Position numbers and translations under genes: made by a program. DNA of 64,000 bases from an uncultured bacterium (lineage in GTDB: Bacteria > Patescibacteriota > Saccharimonadia > UBA4664), in the NCBI GenBank assembly GCA_963720265.1, contig CAVRET010000001.1, forward strand, positions 455,113 through 519,112, read 5' to 3'. This document shows, one piece after another, positions 38,415 to 47,342 of this stretch (the first letter of the stretch is position 1; each line of letters starts with the position of its first letter). The notes beneath the pieces are model-generated. The model worked only from the letters and a program-made list of their open reading frames with translations. It made no database searches and was not told the origin of the DNA.

Positions 38415-39865
38415 TATTTTCCGAGCCGCTCCTTGAGAAGCTTTGTGATGAGGGGCGGGTTGCCTTTGCCTTGGGTGGCCTTCATGGCGGCGCCAACGAG
38501 CGCGCCGAGAGCCCTAGCGTTGCCGGCTTTGTAATCTGCGGCCGCGGCTGGATTGGCAGCCAGAACGTCGTCGACTACCTTGGCGAGCTCATTAACGTTT
38601 GATTCCTGGATGAGGTTCATTTCGCGGGCAAGTTCGGCTGGATCATGGTCGTAATGGGGTTCGGCGCGGAGCTTGGCGAGTAGCTCGCGGGAGTTGGTGG
38701 AGCTGAGTTCGGATTTTGCAGCCATGTCGGCGACACGATTTAAGATCTCGGGTGTCAGATGCGATTCGGGGCCGTGTTCTTCGCGCTGTTTAATCTCCGG
38801 CCCGGTGAGCCAGGTAAAGACGAAACGCGCGTGCTTGGGTTCAAGTCTGTGGGCCTTAAACCAGAGCTTGGCAAGTTCCGGCTCAGCCACCAGTACTTCG
38901 GCCTCCTTGTGGGCGATTTTGGCCTCGATGAGAAGTTTGCGTAAGTCATTGGGCAGGAAATCAAAGTCACCGGCGGCATCGGCCATGGCTTTCGGGATTA
39001 CCAGCGGGGGTAAGTCGGGTTCCGGGAAGTAGCGGTATTCATCGGCATCTTCTTTGGAGCGCATGGCGTAGGTTTTTTGCTTGGCCTCGTTCCAGCCGCG
39101 GGTTTCCTGGCGGATTTTTTCGCCTTTTTCGACCGCTTCGATTTGGCGCTGCGTCTCGTATTCAATGGCGCGCTCGACGTTGCGAAAACTGTTGAGATTC
39201 TTGGTCTCGGTGCGGGTACCAAAGGGTAGCCCTGGCTTGTGGACGCTGACGTTTACATCAAAGCGCATGTTGCCGTAATAGAGATCCGCATCCGAGGCGC
39301 CGGTGTAGCGGGCCAGGTTGTGCAGCTCCTGGGCGTAGGCTTTGGCTTCGGCGGCACTGCGCATGTCGGGCTCGGAGACGATTTCGAGCAGCGGAGTTTC
39401 GGCGCGGTTGAGGTCAACCAGCGAGTAATCCGCGCCGTCCGGGTGGGTGAGCTTACCGGCGTCGCCTTCGAGGTGGGCGCGGGTGATGCCGACGCGCATG
39501 GTTTTGCCCTCCACCGGGAATTCGACCCAGCCGTTCGGCACGATAGGCTCGTCGAACTGGGTGATTTGGTAGCCTTTGGGGAGGTCGGGGTAGAAATAGT
39601 TCTTGCGATCAAATTTGGTGTGAAGCTTTTCCGGATATGTGGCGTTTAGGGCTTTTCCAAGCTGTAATGCCAGCTCGACCGCGCGTTTGTTGAGTACTGG
39701 TAAGGCGCCCGGCTGACCGGTGCAGATTTCGCAAACGTGGGTGTTGGGCTCGGCGTCTCGCGAATCGTTGTCGCATGAGCAAAACAACTTGGATTTGGTC
39801 GCGAGCTGCACGTGCGTTTCCAGGCCGATGACTACTTCATATTGGTCCCGCAATTTCGTATCCAT
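38414..39865 (-). CDS. gatB: Asp-tRNA(Asn)/Glu-tRNA(Gln) amidotransferase subunit B
   Basis: 483 aa with the conserved GatB N-terminus (LETHVQL..., CSCDND) and C-terminal YqeY-like domain. Confidence 0.9.
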   Translation of the reverse strand: MDTKLRDQYEVVIGLETHVQLATKSKLFCSCDNDSRDAEPNTHVCEICTGQPGALPVLNKRAVELALQLGKALNATYPEKLHTKFDRKNYFYPDLPKGYQITQFDEPIVPNGWVEFPVEGKTMRVGITRAHLEGDAGKLTHPDGADYSLVDLNRAETPLLEIVSEPDMRSAAEAKAYAQELHNLARYTGASDADLYYGNMRFDVNVSVHKPGLPFGTRTETKNLNSFRNVERAIEYETQRQIEAVEKGEKIRQETRGWNEAKQKTYAMRSKEDADEYRYFPEPDLPPLVIPKAMADAAGDFDFLPNDLRKLLIEAKIAHKEAEVLVAEPELAKLWFKAHRLEPKHARFVFTWLTGPEIKQREEHGPESHLTPEILNRVADMAAKSELSSTNSRELLAKLRAEPHYDHDPAELAREMNLIQESNVNELAKVVDDVLAANPAAAADYKAGNARALGALVGAAMKATQGKGNPPLITKLLKERLGK

Positions 39866-40287
39866 TACAACGTAAACTCCTTGATTTTCCAGGGCCGTTC
39901 GTTCAAGTCAGAGAATCGGATCCACTTGGGCGTCACTTTAAAATACATGATCCCCGGTTCGTGCTCCCATTTTTTGGCTCGAGGGTTTTTAGCGAAGTAG
40001 ACCTGCTTGCACTGGTCTAACTCGTCGCCGCTCAGTTCCGCGGCTGTGCCTTCGAGTTGAACAGTTATGTTTTTATCCCAGCCAATAACAAGTGCGACAC
40101 GCGGATCACGTTTCAGGTTGGCATTTTTACGTGAAGTAGCGTAGCAATCGATAATTATCTCCAGGTTTGGCGTGCTCGCGAACTCGACCACGGCGGCTTG
40201 GGGTCGGCCATCTTCGGCCAGTGTTGAGATGGTCATGATGACTGTTTTTTCAACCAATTCCTGGACCATGTGGAGTTCGGGGTTCAT
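39865..40287 (-). CDS. Pyridoxamine 5'-phosphate oxidase family (split-barrel) protein
   Basis: 140-aa PNPOx-like ORF; GC noticeably lower (~50%) than the window average. Confidence 0.6.
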   Translation of the reverse strand: MNPELHMVQELVEKTVIMTISTLAEDGRPQAAVVEFASTPNLEIIIDCYATSRKNANLKRDPRVALVIGWDKNITVQLEGTAAELSGDELDQCKQVYFAKNPRAKKWEHEPGIMYFKVTPKWIRFSDLNERPWKIKEFTL

Positions 40288-40288
40288 G

Positions 40289-40672
40289 TCATAGATTCTC
40301 GTCGATGAATTTCTTGAGCGCCAACAAATCTTGTTGTGTGTGGTCGTAAAAATGGGTTCTTATTCCGACCGACTCAGCACTTTTGACCGCTTCAGGATTG
40401 TGCTCAAAGTAGACAACGTCTGCTGGCTTCAGGCCAAAATGACTCAGCATTTTTTCGAAGTATTCGGGATCAGTTTTCTCCGGATTGTGCCGCAACGTGA
40501 AGATTTCGTACGGACACCTCTCCAGGTGGAATTCTTTGAATTGCTCGTCATTGGCACCGGTTAAGACTATTTTCTCGTTGGGATAGCTTTCAAGCAGCTT
40601 GTGCATTTCCTCGAAAACAGTCCCGTCTTCCAAAATTACACCATTTATGGCATCGACTAGGATTGTTTTCAT
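40289..40672 (-). CDS. Small HAD-like hydrolase-family protein (tentative)
   Basis: 127-aa ORF beginning MKTILVDAINGV... (a degenerate DxD-like start). GC ~47%, the lowest in the window. Confidence 0.4.
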   Translation of the reverse strand: MKTILVDAINGVILEDGTVFEEMHKLLESYPNEKIVLTGANDEQFKEFHLERCPYEIFTLRHNPEKTDPEYFEKMLSHFGLKPADVVYFEHNPEAVKSAESVGIRTHFYDHTQQDLLALKKFIDENL

Positions 40673-41148
40673 AGCACGACCCCGTGTGGCACGACCTGGC
40701 GTTCGTTGCCAAAGTTGGCGGAATCGAAATAGCCGACCTCAGTTGGCGTGATTTTAACAAATTTCCAGTGGGCGGCGGACCCGAGGTAAGCGGCCAACTC
40801 GGATGGTATGCCGGGGATTTCGGGAGAACGATCGTAGTAGATGCGGTGGGCGGCCGCGACCTGCTCGTCGGGCAAGAGCGTTGCCTGACCGCTGGCTTGC
40901 AGCCCGATAACATCGCCGATCGGAGACTGGCCGGTACTGAATATGGCGATCGCTACTTCAGGGTTGGTCTTGAGGTTTTGCATATGGCGCGACTCGGGTT
41001 GCGAGATGAAATAGAAGTTGAGGGCGTTGTCGTACACAAAATAGACCGGATTGCTCCATGGGCCTTTGGCGCCAGCGGTTGCGAGGGCCATAAATTGGGT
41101 GGCGTCGAGGGCCGTTTTGACATGTACTGGCCAGTTGAATGATTTCAT
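40669..41148 (-). CDS. Pyridoxamine 5'-phosphate oxidase-like FMN-binding family protein
   Basis: 159-aa split-barrel-like ORF, translationally coupled (ATGA overlaps at both ends). Confidence 0.5.
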   Translation of the reverse strand: MKSFNWPVHVKTALDATQFMALATAGAKGPWSNPVYFVYDNALNFYFISQPESRHMQNLKTNPEVAIAIFSTGQSPIGDVIGLQASGQATLLPDEQVAAAHRIYYDRSPEIPGIPSELAAYLGSAAHWKFVKITPTEVGYFDSANFGNERQVVPHGVVL

Positions 41149-41615
41149 AACGCTCCCAAGGCTTTAAGACCGGTCTCGAAATCGGAGATAGCTTCTTTGG
41201 CTTGACTTGGTACCAGGTCGAAGCCAACTTCGTGCGCTAGGGCATTACGCAGCTTGTGTGCGCGCCAGATGTGGTCGTAGACCTCGCGGTCGGCGAAGCG
41301 CGAACGGGCAGCTTTGAGGCGGTCGCCCATGCTGTCACCTGCAACACCTTGTTGGCGCATGATGTGATCGAACAACTTGTCGGCTTCGTTTATGGCTTGG
41401 CGCATGCCGTTTCCTCCACTCGCCGCCATGGCCTCAATGGTCGCCCAGCGGGTGAAAATTTGTTCGCGGTTTAGGGGTTCAATGCCGTGGGCTCTGGCAG
41501 TGGCGTGGCGCCTTTTGGCCCGGCGGCGCTTGGGGTCGCCGGCGACCAGCGCCAACACCAGTACACCGCCAACGACTGCCAGTAGTAAAAAGGAAAAAAC
41601 CGCAGACGGGCTCAT
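41145..41615 (-). CDS. Hypothetical membrane-anchored protein
   Basis: 156 aa, N-terminal TM helix then a basic stretch (KRRRAKRRHA). Overlaps the gatA stop by 4 nt. Confidence 0.4.
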   Translation of the reverse strand: MSPSAVFSFLLLAVVGGVLVLALVAGDPKRRRAKRRHATARAHGIEPLNREQIFTRWATIEAMAASGGNGMRQAINEADKLFDHIMRQQGVAGDSMGDRLKAARSRFADREVYDHIWRAHKLRNALAHEVGFDLVPSQAKEAISDFETGLKALGAL

Positions 41616-43066
41616 TCTTTCACCGTGCCTTTGGCGTGTTCGATGAGGCCTTCGACAGCACAGGCGGCGGCCAGGAGCTTTCGTTCGGCCCGTTGCGGTG
41701 CCATCAGTTGGAGCCCGATCGGCAGCACACCGATTTTGCCAAATGGGATGGAAATGGCCGGAATACCAACGAGGTTGGCGGCCACCGTCATGATATCTTC
41801 AAGGTAGAGAGCAAGGGGGTCGCCGGATTTGGCGCCGAGTTTAAAGGCCGAAGACGGCGACGTTGGTCCGAGCAGCAGGTCGTATTTTTTAAAGGCGTCG
41901 TTGAATTGCTCGATGAGCTTGGTGCGGACCTTCTGTGCCCGCTTGTAATAAGCATCGTAATAGCCGCTTGAGAGCACGTAGGTGCCGATCATTATGCGGC
42001 GCTTGGCTTCAGGCCCAAAGCCTTCGGCGCGGGATAGGAAGTAGGTGTCTTCGAGGCTCTTGGCGTTTGGTGAACTGTAGCCGTAGCGCACGCCGTCGTA
42101 GCGCGCGAGGTTGGAGCTAATTTCGGCCGGAACCAAAATGTAGTAGGCGGCCAGCGCCTGCTCGGTGGCGGGCACACTCACCTCTTCAACGATTGCACCG
42201 TGCTTTTTAAGCAAGGCAGCGGTGGCTTCGAGTTGGGATTTGATCTCGGGGTCCAAGCCTTCGCCTAAATATTCTTTAATAAGGCCGATCTTGAGGCCGG
42301 CAAGGTGGCTATGCGTAATTGCATACCCTTCCGGGTCGCGGGGGGTGGTGGTGGCGTCGGACGGATGCGGGCCGGCGAAACAATCGAGCACCAGGCCGGC
42401 GTCGGCCACCGTGCGGGTGAGCGGGCCCATGACGTCGGTGGAGCTGGCCATAGCAACGACGCCGGTACGCGGACTGAGACCGTAGGTGGGCTTGAGCCCA
42501 ACCACGCCGCAGAGCGCGGCCGGCTGGCGAATGGAACCGCCAGTATCGGAGCCAATGGCAAATGCCACTTGGCCGAGCGCCACGCTGGCTGCTGATCCAC
42601 CGGAGCTGCCGCCGGGCACACGTTCGGAATCTGCCGGGTTTTTGGTTGGGCCAAAGTCGGAGTTTTCGGTGGAGGTGCCGTGAGCAAAGGCGTCGAGGTT
42701 GGACTTGGCGACCAGTACTGCACCCGCTTGCATGAGGCGTACTATGACCGGGCCCTGGTACGGCGCTGTAAACGGCTCGAGAATATGGCTGGCGGCCGTA
42801 GTGTGTGTGCCAAATGTGAGGTAGTTATCCTTAGCCGCAAACGGCAATCCAGCCAGTGGCAGGTGCTCGCCGGCTTTGACCCGCTTATCGACCGCACGCG
42901 CGTGCTCGAGCGCATCAGGGTTGATCTCTAGCATGGTATGGAATTCCTCGGTGGCTCCCATGCGGTCGAGGCTAGCCTGGGTAAGTTCAACGGCACTTAG
43001 ACGGCCGGCCTGGACGTCGGCCGCGAGCTCTGCTAGCGGGCGGGTGAGGTCGGCAAGTTTAGCCAT
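41612..43066 (-). CDS. gatA: Glutamyl-tRNA(Gln)/Asp-tRNA(Asn) amidotransferase subunit A
   Basis: Amidase signature region (GGSSGGSAASVALG), 484 aa. Confidence 0.9.
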   Translation of the reverse strand: MAKLADLTRPLAELAADVQAGRLSAVELTQASLDRMGATEEFHTMLEINPDALEHARAVDKRVKAGEHLPLAGLPFAAKDNYLTFGTHTTAASHILEPFTAPYQGPVIVRLMQAGAVLVAKSNLDAFAHGTSTENSDFGPTKNPADSERVPGGSSGGSAASVALGQVAFAIGSDTGGSIRQPAALCGVVGLKPTYGLSPRTGVVAMASSTDVMGPLTRTVADAGLVLDCFAGPHPSDATTTPRDPEGYAITHSHLAGLKIGLIKEYLGEGLDPEIKSQLEATAALLKKHGAIVEEVSVPATEQALAAYYILVPAEISSNLARYDGVRYGYSSPNAKSLEDTYFLSRAEGFGPEAKRRIMIGTYVLSSGYYDAYYKRAQKVRTKLIEQFNDAFKKYDLLLGPTSPSSAFKLGAKSGDPLALYLEDIMTVAANLVGIPAISIPFGKIGVLPIGLQLMAPQRAERKLLAAACAVEGLIEHAKGTVKE

Positions 43067-43352
43067 TGAGTACTCGTTTTACCAAGATGTAGCCGTCTTT
43101 GTGGGCTGGAGCGCCGGCTAGCAACTGCTCGCGTGACAGCCCCGGGCGAACTTCGTCTTCGCGCCAGACGTCTTCCAGACCAGTAACTTGATCAGTTGGG
43201 GGCGTATCTGAAATGTCGACCTTTTGCAGCTGACCAACAAACGTTAAAATGCGGCCGATTTCCTCAGTCATGGCTTCGGCCTCATGCTCATTTAGGCCGA
43301 TGCGCGCGAGCCGGGCAATGCGCTCAACTTCTTCCACACTAATCTTTGACAT
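43059..43352 (-). CDS. gatC: Asp/Glu-tRNA amidotransferase subunit C
   Basis: MSKISVEEVERIARLARIGL...; a small protein overlapping the gatA start. The longer ORF to 43388 adds an implausible N-terminus. Confidence 0.8.
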   Translation of the reverse strand: MSKISVEEVERIARLARIGLNEHEAEAMTEEIGRILTFVGQLQKVDISDTPPTDQVTGLEDVWREDEVRPGLSREQLLAGAPAHKDGYILVKRVLNG

Positions 43353-43444
43353 GGGGTTAGTATAGGGCGAAATGAGGCTGCCTGCCAAGTCGCGTGGGCG
43401 TAAGGGGTGATTTTGACAGAAGGGCTTGTGCGTGAGATTCTAAT

Positions 43445-43753
43445 GTGACCCACAATCTTCTTCCCGAGGGGGGAGCGTACATCATGAGCACTGCTGAAGC
43501 GCAGACAGGCACCGCAGGCCAGAGCGGCCCGACGGTCAGCGATCACCGCAACCGGCTTGACGAGTTCCTGACGCTGAAGGTGGTACTCGCCTTCTGCATT
43601 CTGGTCGTGGCGGGGCTCCTTGCCGGGGCTCTTGAAATGAACCAGCGTTATTTCGCGAACCTGCTGATCTTCTTCCTGGCGATATTGGTCGTCGCGATTG
43701 CAGGCGCCGCCTTTGTCATCGAATTCGATATCCATCGACGACAACGAACATAA
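43445..43753 (+). CDS. Small hydrophobic protein with two predicted TM helices
   Basis: 102-aa ORF (possibly starting at an internal Met) followed immediately by a strong intrinsic terminator. Confidence 0.35.
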   Translation: MTHNLLPEGGAYIMSTAEAQTGTAGQSGPTVSDHRNRLDEFLTLKVVLAFCILVVAGLLAGALEMNQRYFANLLIFFLAILVVAIAGAAFVIEFDIHRRQRT

Positions 43754-43762
43754 CGACGCGAT

Positions 43763-43810
43763 GTTTCGTAGGGCTCCGGCCTGGGGAGCCCTACGAAACA
43801 TTATTTTTTG
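43763..43810. terminator. Rho-independent terminator: 15-bp stem GTTTCGTAGGGCTCC/GGAGCCCTACGAAAC, 6-nt loop, followed by ATTATTTTTTG
   Basis: Seen directly. It serves the plus-strand small gene; the stem is symmetric, so it may also terminate the convergent minus-strand gene. Confidence 0.8.
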
Positions 43811-43818
43811 TCGGCTGA

Positions 43819-44220
43819 TTATGAGGGCGTGATGGTGAGCCGGAGCTTGCGGGTCTTGGGCCCGTCGAGCTCAATGAGAACGAGGTGTTGCCAGGTGCCG
43901 ACCATGAGTTTGCCGGCCTGAACCGGCAGCGACACCGACGGCCCTATAACTGAGGCCAGAAAATGGTCGGGCGCGTGCTCGGGGTCGTGCGGGTGCCGCC
44001 ACGGCCTCATGGGGATCATGAGGTCGAGCGCGTCGAGCAAGTCGCGGTCGGTGCCGGGGTCGAGGTTGGCGGTGGTGACGGCACAGGCTGAATGCAGTAC
44101 GGTCAACGTAGCCAGGCCGGTAGTGCGGGCCGGGATGAGACTTTGAACCTGATCAGTCAGGTCAATTACCTGCTTCCTGCCTTGGGTTTTGACAGATAAA
44201 TCCACTGTTATTCCATGCAA
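43819..44220 (-). CDS. YjbQ/UPF0047-family protein (secondary thiamine-phosphate synthase-like)
   Basis: ...LHGITVDLSVKTQGRKQVIDLTDQV... matches the YjbQ N-terminal core. No ATG is in frame near it; a TTG start near 44220 is likely. The track ORF to 44346 adds an Arg-rich extension that overlaps the next gene. Confidence 0.5.
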   Translation of the reverse strand: MHGITVDLSVKTQGRKQVIDLTDQVQSLIPARTTGLATLTVLHSACAVTTANLDPGTDRDLLDALDLMIPMRPWRHPHDPEHAPDHFLASVIGPSVSLPVQAGKLMVGTWQHLVLIELDGPKTRKLRLTITPS

Positions 44221-44633
44221 TACATTGGACAGGCAATTTGTGAAGCGGAGGTCCCTTGGACATGCCCGCCGCAAGGCGCGCACGTGGGGTGTGGCACGGG
44301 TTGGACCGTGGGCTGCGGCGTGGGCGTGAGAACCGGTGAAGGCCAAGGCGTAGGACTCGGTACCGGATACATGATGCTCGACGGGGTCGGCGGTAGTATG
44401 CTGTTGCCCTGCGGCGCTGTGGTCTGTGACGAGGCCGGGACACCAGCCTGTGCGCCTGCTTGTAACTCAGCCGGCGACTGAGGGGACTGGTTTTGCGACA
44501 GTGTGGCCTGCGTCTGGCTCGCCGTTACTTGCATAGTCGGGGTAGCGCCCGGCACTCGTCCCGGTGGCCAAATAAGTGTACCGGCCGCAATAACGACAAT
44601 TACCGTACTAGTCGCGATCTGAATGATTCGCTT
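44208..44633 (-). CDS. Secreted/anchored Pro/Thr/Gln-rich protein with Cys-containing C-terminus
   Basis: Start at MKRIIQIATSTVIVVIAAGT (signal/TM), then low-complexity P/T/S/Q repeats. Confidence 0.35.
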   Translation of the reverse strand, partial: KRIIQIATSTVIVVIAAGTLIWPPGRVPGATPTMQVTASQTQATLSQNQSPQSPAELQAGAQAGVPASSQTTAPQGNSILPPTPSSIMYPVPSPTPWPSPVLTPTPQPTVQPVPHPTCAPCGGHVQGTSASQIACPMYCME

Positions 44634-44709
44634 CATGCTTCCACCTAATATCACCGTTAGCATAACGCGCGGGCACTACACCAATCAAGCGTTAGGATAT
44701 CGGGCAGTA

Positions 44710-45114
44710 TTAGTGGGCCAAGATGGCGCCGGCCAACACGATGCCGACCAGGTGATAGCCTTGGTCAATGACGTAGAGTTTCTTAGAGCCGCTTTGAAAT
44801 ACGTTGTTGATAAGAGCCGTGGTGCCAACGAAGCCAACCCACAACTTGAGCCCTAAGTAGCCGCCGCGCATAGCCATACCGGTGGTGCCGGTGGCATTAA
44901 CGAGGTAAGCCTCGACGCACACCAGTACGACGATGGCGAGCAGGGTGGTGAGCATAGAACCGGCAGCCATGTTCATCTCCGACTGCTTTTTCTTAACTTC
45001 TTTTTGCCACTGTTTCATGAATGCGACCGGTGAATACCAGACCGCGCCGAGGGCAAAGTAGACCACTACGGCGAGCAACACCCACCATACCGAGATGCCA
45101 AAAACCATCATCAT
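44710..45114 (-). CDS. DUF1761-like integral membrane protein
   Basis: 134 aa with four hydrophobic helices. Confidence 0.45.
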   Translation of the reverse strand: MMMVFGISVWWVLLAVVVYFALGAVWYSPVAFMKQWQKEVKKKQSEMNMAAGSMLTTLLAIVVLVCVEAYLVNATGTTGMAMRGGYLGLKLWVGFVGTTALINNVFQSGSKKLYVIDQGYHLVGIVLAGAILAH

Positions 45115-45170
45115 GTTTGACCTTATTTATGGCTTAACGATAACACCATAGCGGATAAACACAAGCGTAA

Positions 45171-45758
45171 TCAGGCGGGAACCGCGGTAGTACGGCCGGC
45201 TGCCAGCGTAGCGGTCCACCAGGCAAGCTCGGTGAGGGTGGTGGCGAGGGCCTGGTGCGGTCCGTAGGCGTCGGGATCGCCGAGGTAGCGGCCGCTCTCG
45301 TCAAAATTGTCGCGCGCACCGAGAATAGCGACCGCCTCGGGCACAACCGCGGCCTTACTTTCAATCAGAATAGGCTTGAGCATTTCGGCCGCGCGGGCGC
45401 CACCGACCGTGCCGTAGCTGACGATCGCGACCGGCTTTTTGGCTAGTTGATAATCAACGTAATCGATGGCGTTTTTGAGCGCGCCGGGGATGGCGTGGTT
45501 GTATTCCGGCGTAACAATAATTAAGCCGTCGGCTTCAGCCAGTTTACCCAGCCAGCGGCCGAGCACACCCTGCGGCTTACGGTTTGGGTTGAAGCGCGGG
45601 CTGGCCGCTTCATCAAAATTGGGTAGATTGTACTCCGTCAGGTCGAGGAGTTCGGCGTCAAATTCCGGACGTTTCGCGACTTCCGCCATCACCCACTTGG
45701 TAACGCGATCCCCCAAGCGGCCGGGCCGGATACTCACTTCAATGACTTTGATCTTCAT
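45171..45758 (-). CDS. NAD(P)H-dependent FMN reductase family protein
   Basis: MKIKVIEVSIRPGRLGDRVTKWV... has the flavodoxin-like fold signature of NADPH-dependent FMN reductases. Transcribed divergently from hxlR. Confidence 0.7.
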   Translation of the reverse strand: MKIKVIEVSIRPGRLGDRVTKWVMAEVAKRPEFDAELLDLTEYNLPNFDEAASPRFNPNRKPQGVLGRWLGKLAEADGLIIVTPEYNHAIPGALKNAIDYVDYQLAKKPVAIVSYGTVGGARAAEMLKPILIESKAAVVPEAVAILGARDNFDESGRYLGDPDAYGPHQALATTLTELAWWTATLAAGRTTAVPA

Positions 45759-45794
45759 GTTGACTCCTTTGAATTTCACTATTTTTAGTATAGT

Positions 45795-45826
45795 ACTTTA
45801 CTTTAAAAAGTAAAGTGTAGTATAAT
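45795..45826. promoter_or_regulatory. Palindromic operator ACTTTACTT-TAAAA-AGTAAAGT (45795-45816) followed by -10 TATAAT (45821-45826) within a 53-bp divergent intergenic region; candidate HxlR autoregulatory site and leaderless promoters
   Basis: Seen directly. The hxlR ATG (45833) is 7 nt after the -10. On the other strand the reverse complement carries TATACT. Confidence 0.4.
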
Positions 45827-45832
45827 GACAAC

Positions 45833-46165
45833 ATGAAATCGCTAGCCCAGCAAGGTACAGAAGCACAAGAACTGTGCGGCATCACGCGGACGCTCGAGGT
45901 TATCGGCGCCAAGTGGACCGTGCTGATTGTGCGCGACTTGCTGGAGCGGCCGCGTCGCTTTAGCGAGCTCGAACATTCGCTGACCGGTATTTCGCCGCGC
46001 ACCCTGGCCCAACGGCTGCGCGAGCTTGAGCGCTGTGATGTACTCGCCAGGGACTGCAGCGCGGGCGAGGCCCACCCAGTGTACCGGTTAACCGATAAGG
46101 GCCGGACACTTTCGGCAATTTTAGATCGCATGCGCGAATGGGGCGAGGCCGAGGTCCTGGCCTAG
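45833..46165 (+). CDS. HxlR-family winged-helix transcriptional regulator
   Basis: CGITRTLEVIGAKWTVLIVRDLLERPRRFSELEHSLTGISPRTLAQRLRELERCDVL is a canonical HxlR/MarR-like HTH. Confidence 0.8.
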   Translation: MKSLAQQGTEAQELCGITRTLEVIGAKWTVLIVRDLLERPRRFSELEHSLTGISPRTLAQRLRELERCDVLARDCSAGEAHPVYRLTDKGRTLSAILDRMREWGEAEVLA

Positions 46166-46179
46166 TGGGCACGAGTATG

Positions 46180-46818
46180 CGTACCGCGGTTGTGACCGGC
46201 GCAAGCCAGGGACTCGGTAAAGTTGTGGCTGAGCATTTGGCCCGGGCCGGATGGAGCACACACGGTACTGGGCGGTCTCCACGCCCAAGCGATTTGTTTG
46301 AGTCGGTAGCGTATCATCAGTTTGACGCATCGGACATGGCGGCGTGCGAGCGCTTTTGGAATGAACTTTCGCCAAAACTTAGTGGCGCTGCCGTATGTTT
46401 GGTGAACAATGCCGGCGGTTATGTCAGCGGCGGTCTGCTGGAAGGTGACGCGCGCGATTACCAGACCATGATGGATAGTACATATTTTACGAGCGTGTAT
46501 ATGACGAGGGCGATGGCTGAGCAAGTGCCTAAGGCGCGGATTATTAATATAGTGTCGACGAGCGCGCTGGCAGCCCATGCCAGTAATTCGGCGTATGGTG
46601 CGGCCAAAGCGGCGCAGATGCATTTTTTCCAGGCCTTGCAACAGGAATTTAAGCCTGAGCGATATCAAATTACCAATTTATATCCGAGCGACATTGCTTC
46701 GCGGGAGCCCAATCCGCAGGCCATGGATCCGGCTGACGTGGCGCGATTCATCCGTGGCCTAGCGGAAGACGAGTCGAGCTATTATTTGACCGACGTGACG
46801 TTATACCCGCGCCGATAA
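46180..46818 (+). CDS. SDR family oxidoreductase
   Basis: MRTAVVTGASQGLGKVV (TGxxxGxG) and the catalytic YxxxK region (AYGAAKAA). Confidence 0.75.
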   Translation, partial: RTAVVTGASQGLGKVVAEHLARAGWSTHGTGRSPRPSDLFESVAYHQFDASDMAACERFWNELSPKLSGAAVCLVNNAGGYVSGGLLEGDARDYQTMMDSTYFTSVYMTRAMAEQVPKARIINIVSTSALAAHASNSAYGAAKAAQMHFFQALQQEFKPERYQITNLYPSDIASREPNPQAMDPADVARFIRGLAEDESSYYLTDVTLYPRR

Positions 46819-47340
46819 CTAGGCTGCGAGGGCCTTCCGAATAGTGTCCCAACGGCGGGTGGTGAGGACTTTGCCGTAGGTTTTTTCAAGCAAGTCCATG
46901 AGGGTCAGCGTGGAGACGGTGGTGGCGACAGCACTGCATATTTCGAGATCTGAGGTACTGGTGATAGTGATGCCGGACGCCGGTGGCAGCACGAGGCTTG
47001 GCGGCGGTGAGCTGGCGAAAAACGTGACGTTGAGCCTCGCATCGGCCGGTGCTCCTTGAAACGGCCCCGCGTCGGCCAAGGCCTGGAGCTCGGCCAATGA
47101 GCGGACTATAACCGGTATTGCAAAGCCAAACCGCTCTTTTAGGGCGGATTCCAGTTCGGCTACGAGTGCGTCGGCGTGTACTTCATGGGCCGTGAAGATG
47201 ACATTGCCGGATCCAAGCAAGGTCTTTACATCTTGATAGCCCATGGCCTCGAACGAGCTCGCAAGCTGAGGCATGGAAACGCGCCGCTGCCCGACATTAA
47301 TGCCTCGCAGCAGGACCAGGTAGCGGTCCGGCGAAGGCAT
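46819..47340 (-). CDS. DUF1697 domain protein
   Basis: MPSPDRYLVLLRGINVGQRRVSMPQL... is characteristic of DUF1697. Confidence 0.6.
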   Translation of the reverse strand: MPSPDRYLVLLRGINVGQRRVSMPQLASSFEAMGYQDVKTLLGSGNVIFTAHEVHADALVAELESALKERFGFAIPVIVRSLAELQALADAGPFQGAPADARLNVTFFASSPPPSLVLPPASGITITSTSDLEICSAVATTVSTLTLMDLLEKTYGKVLTTRRWDTIRKALAA

Positions 47341-47342
47341 GG

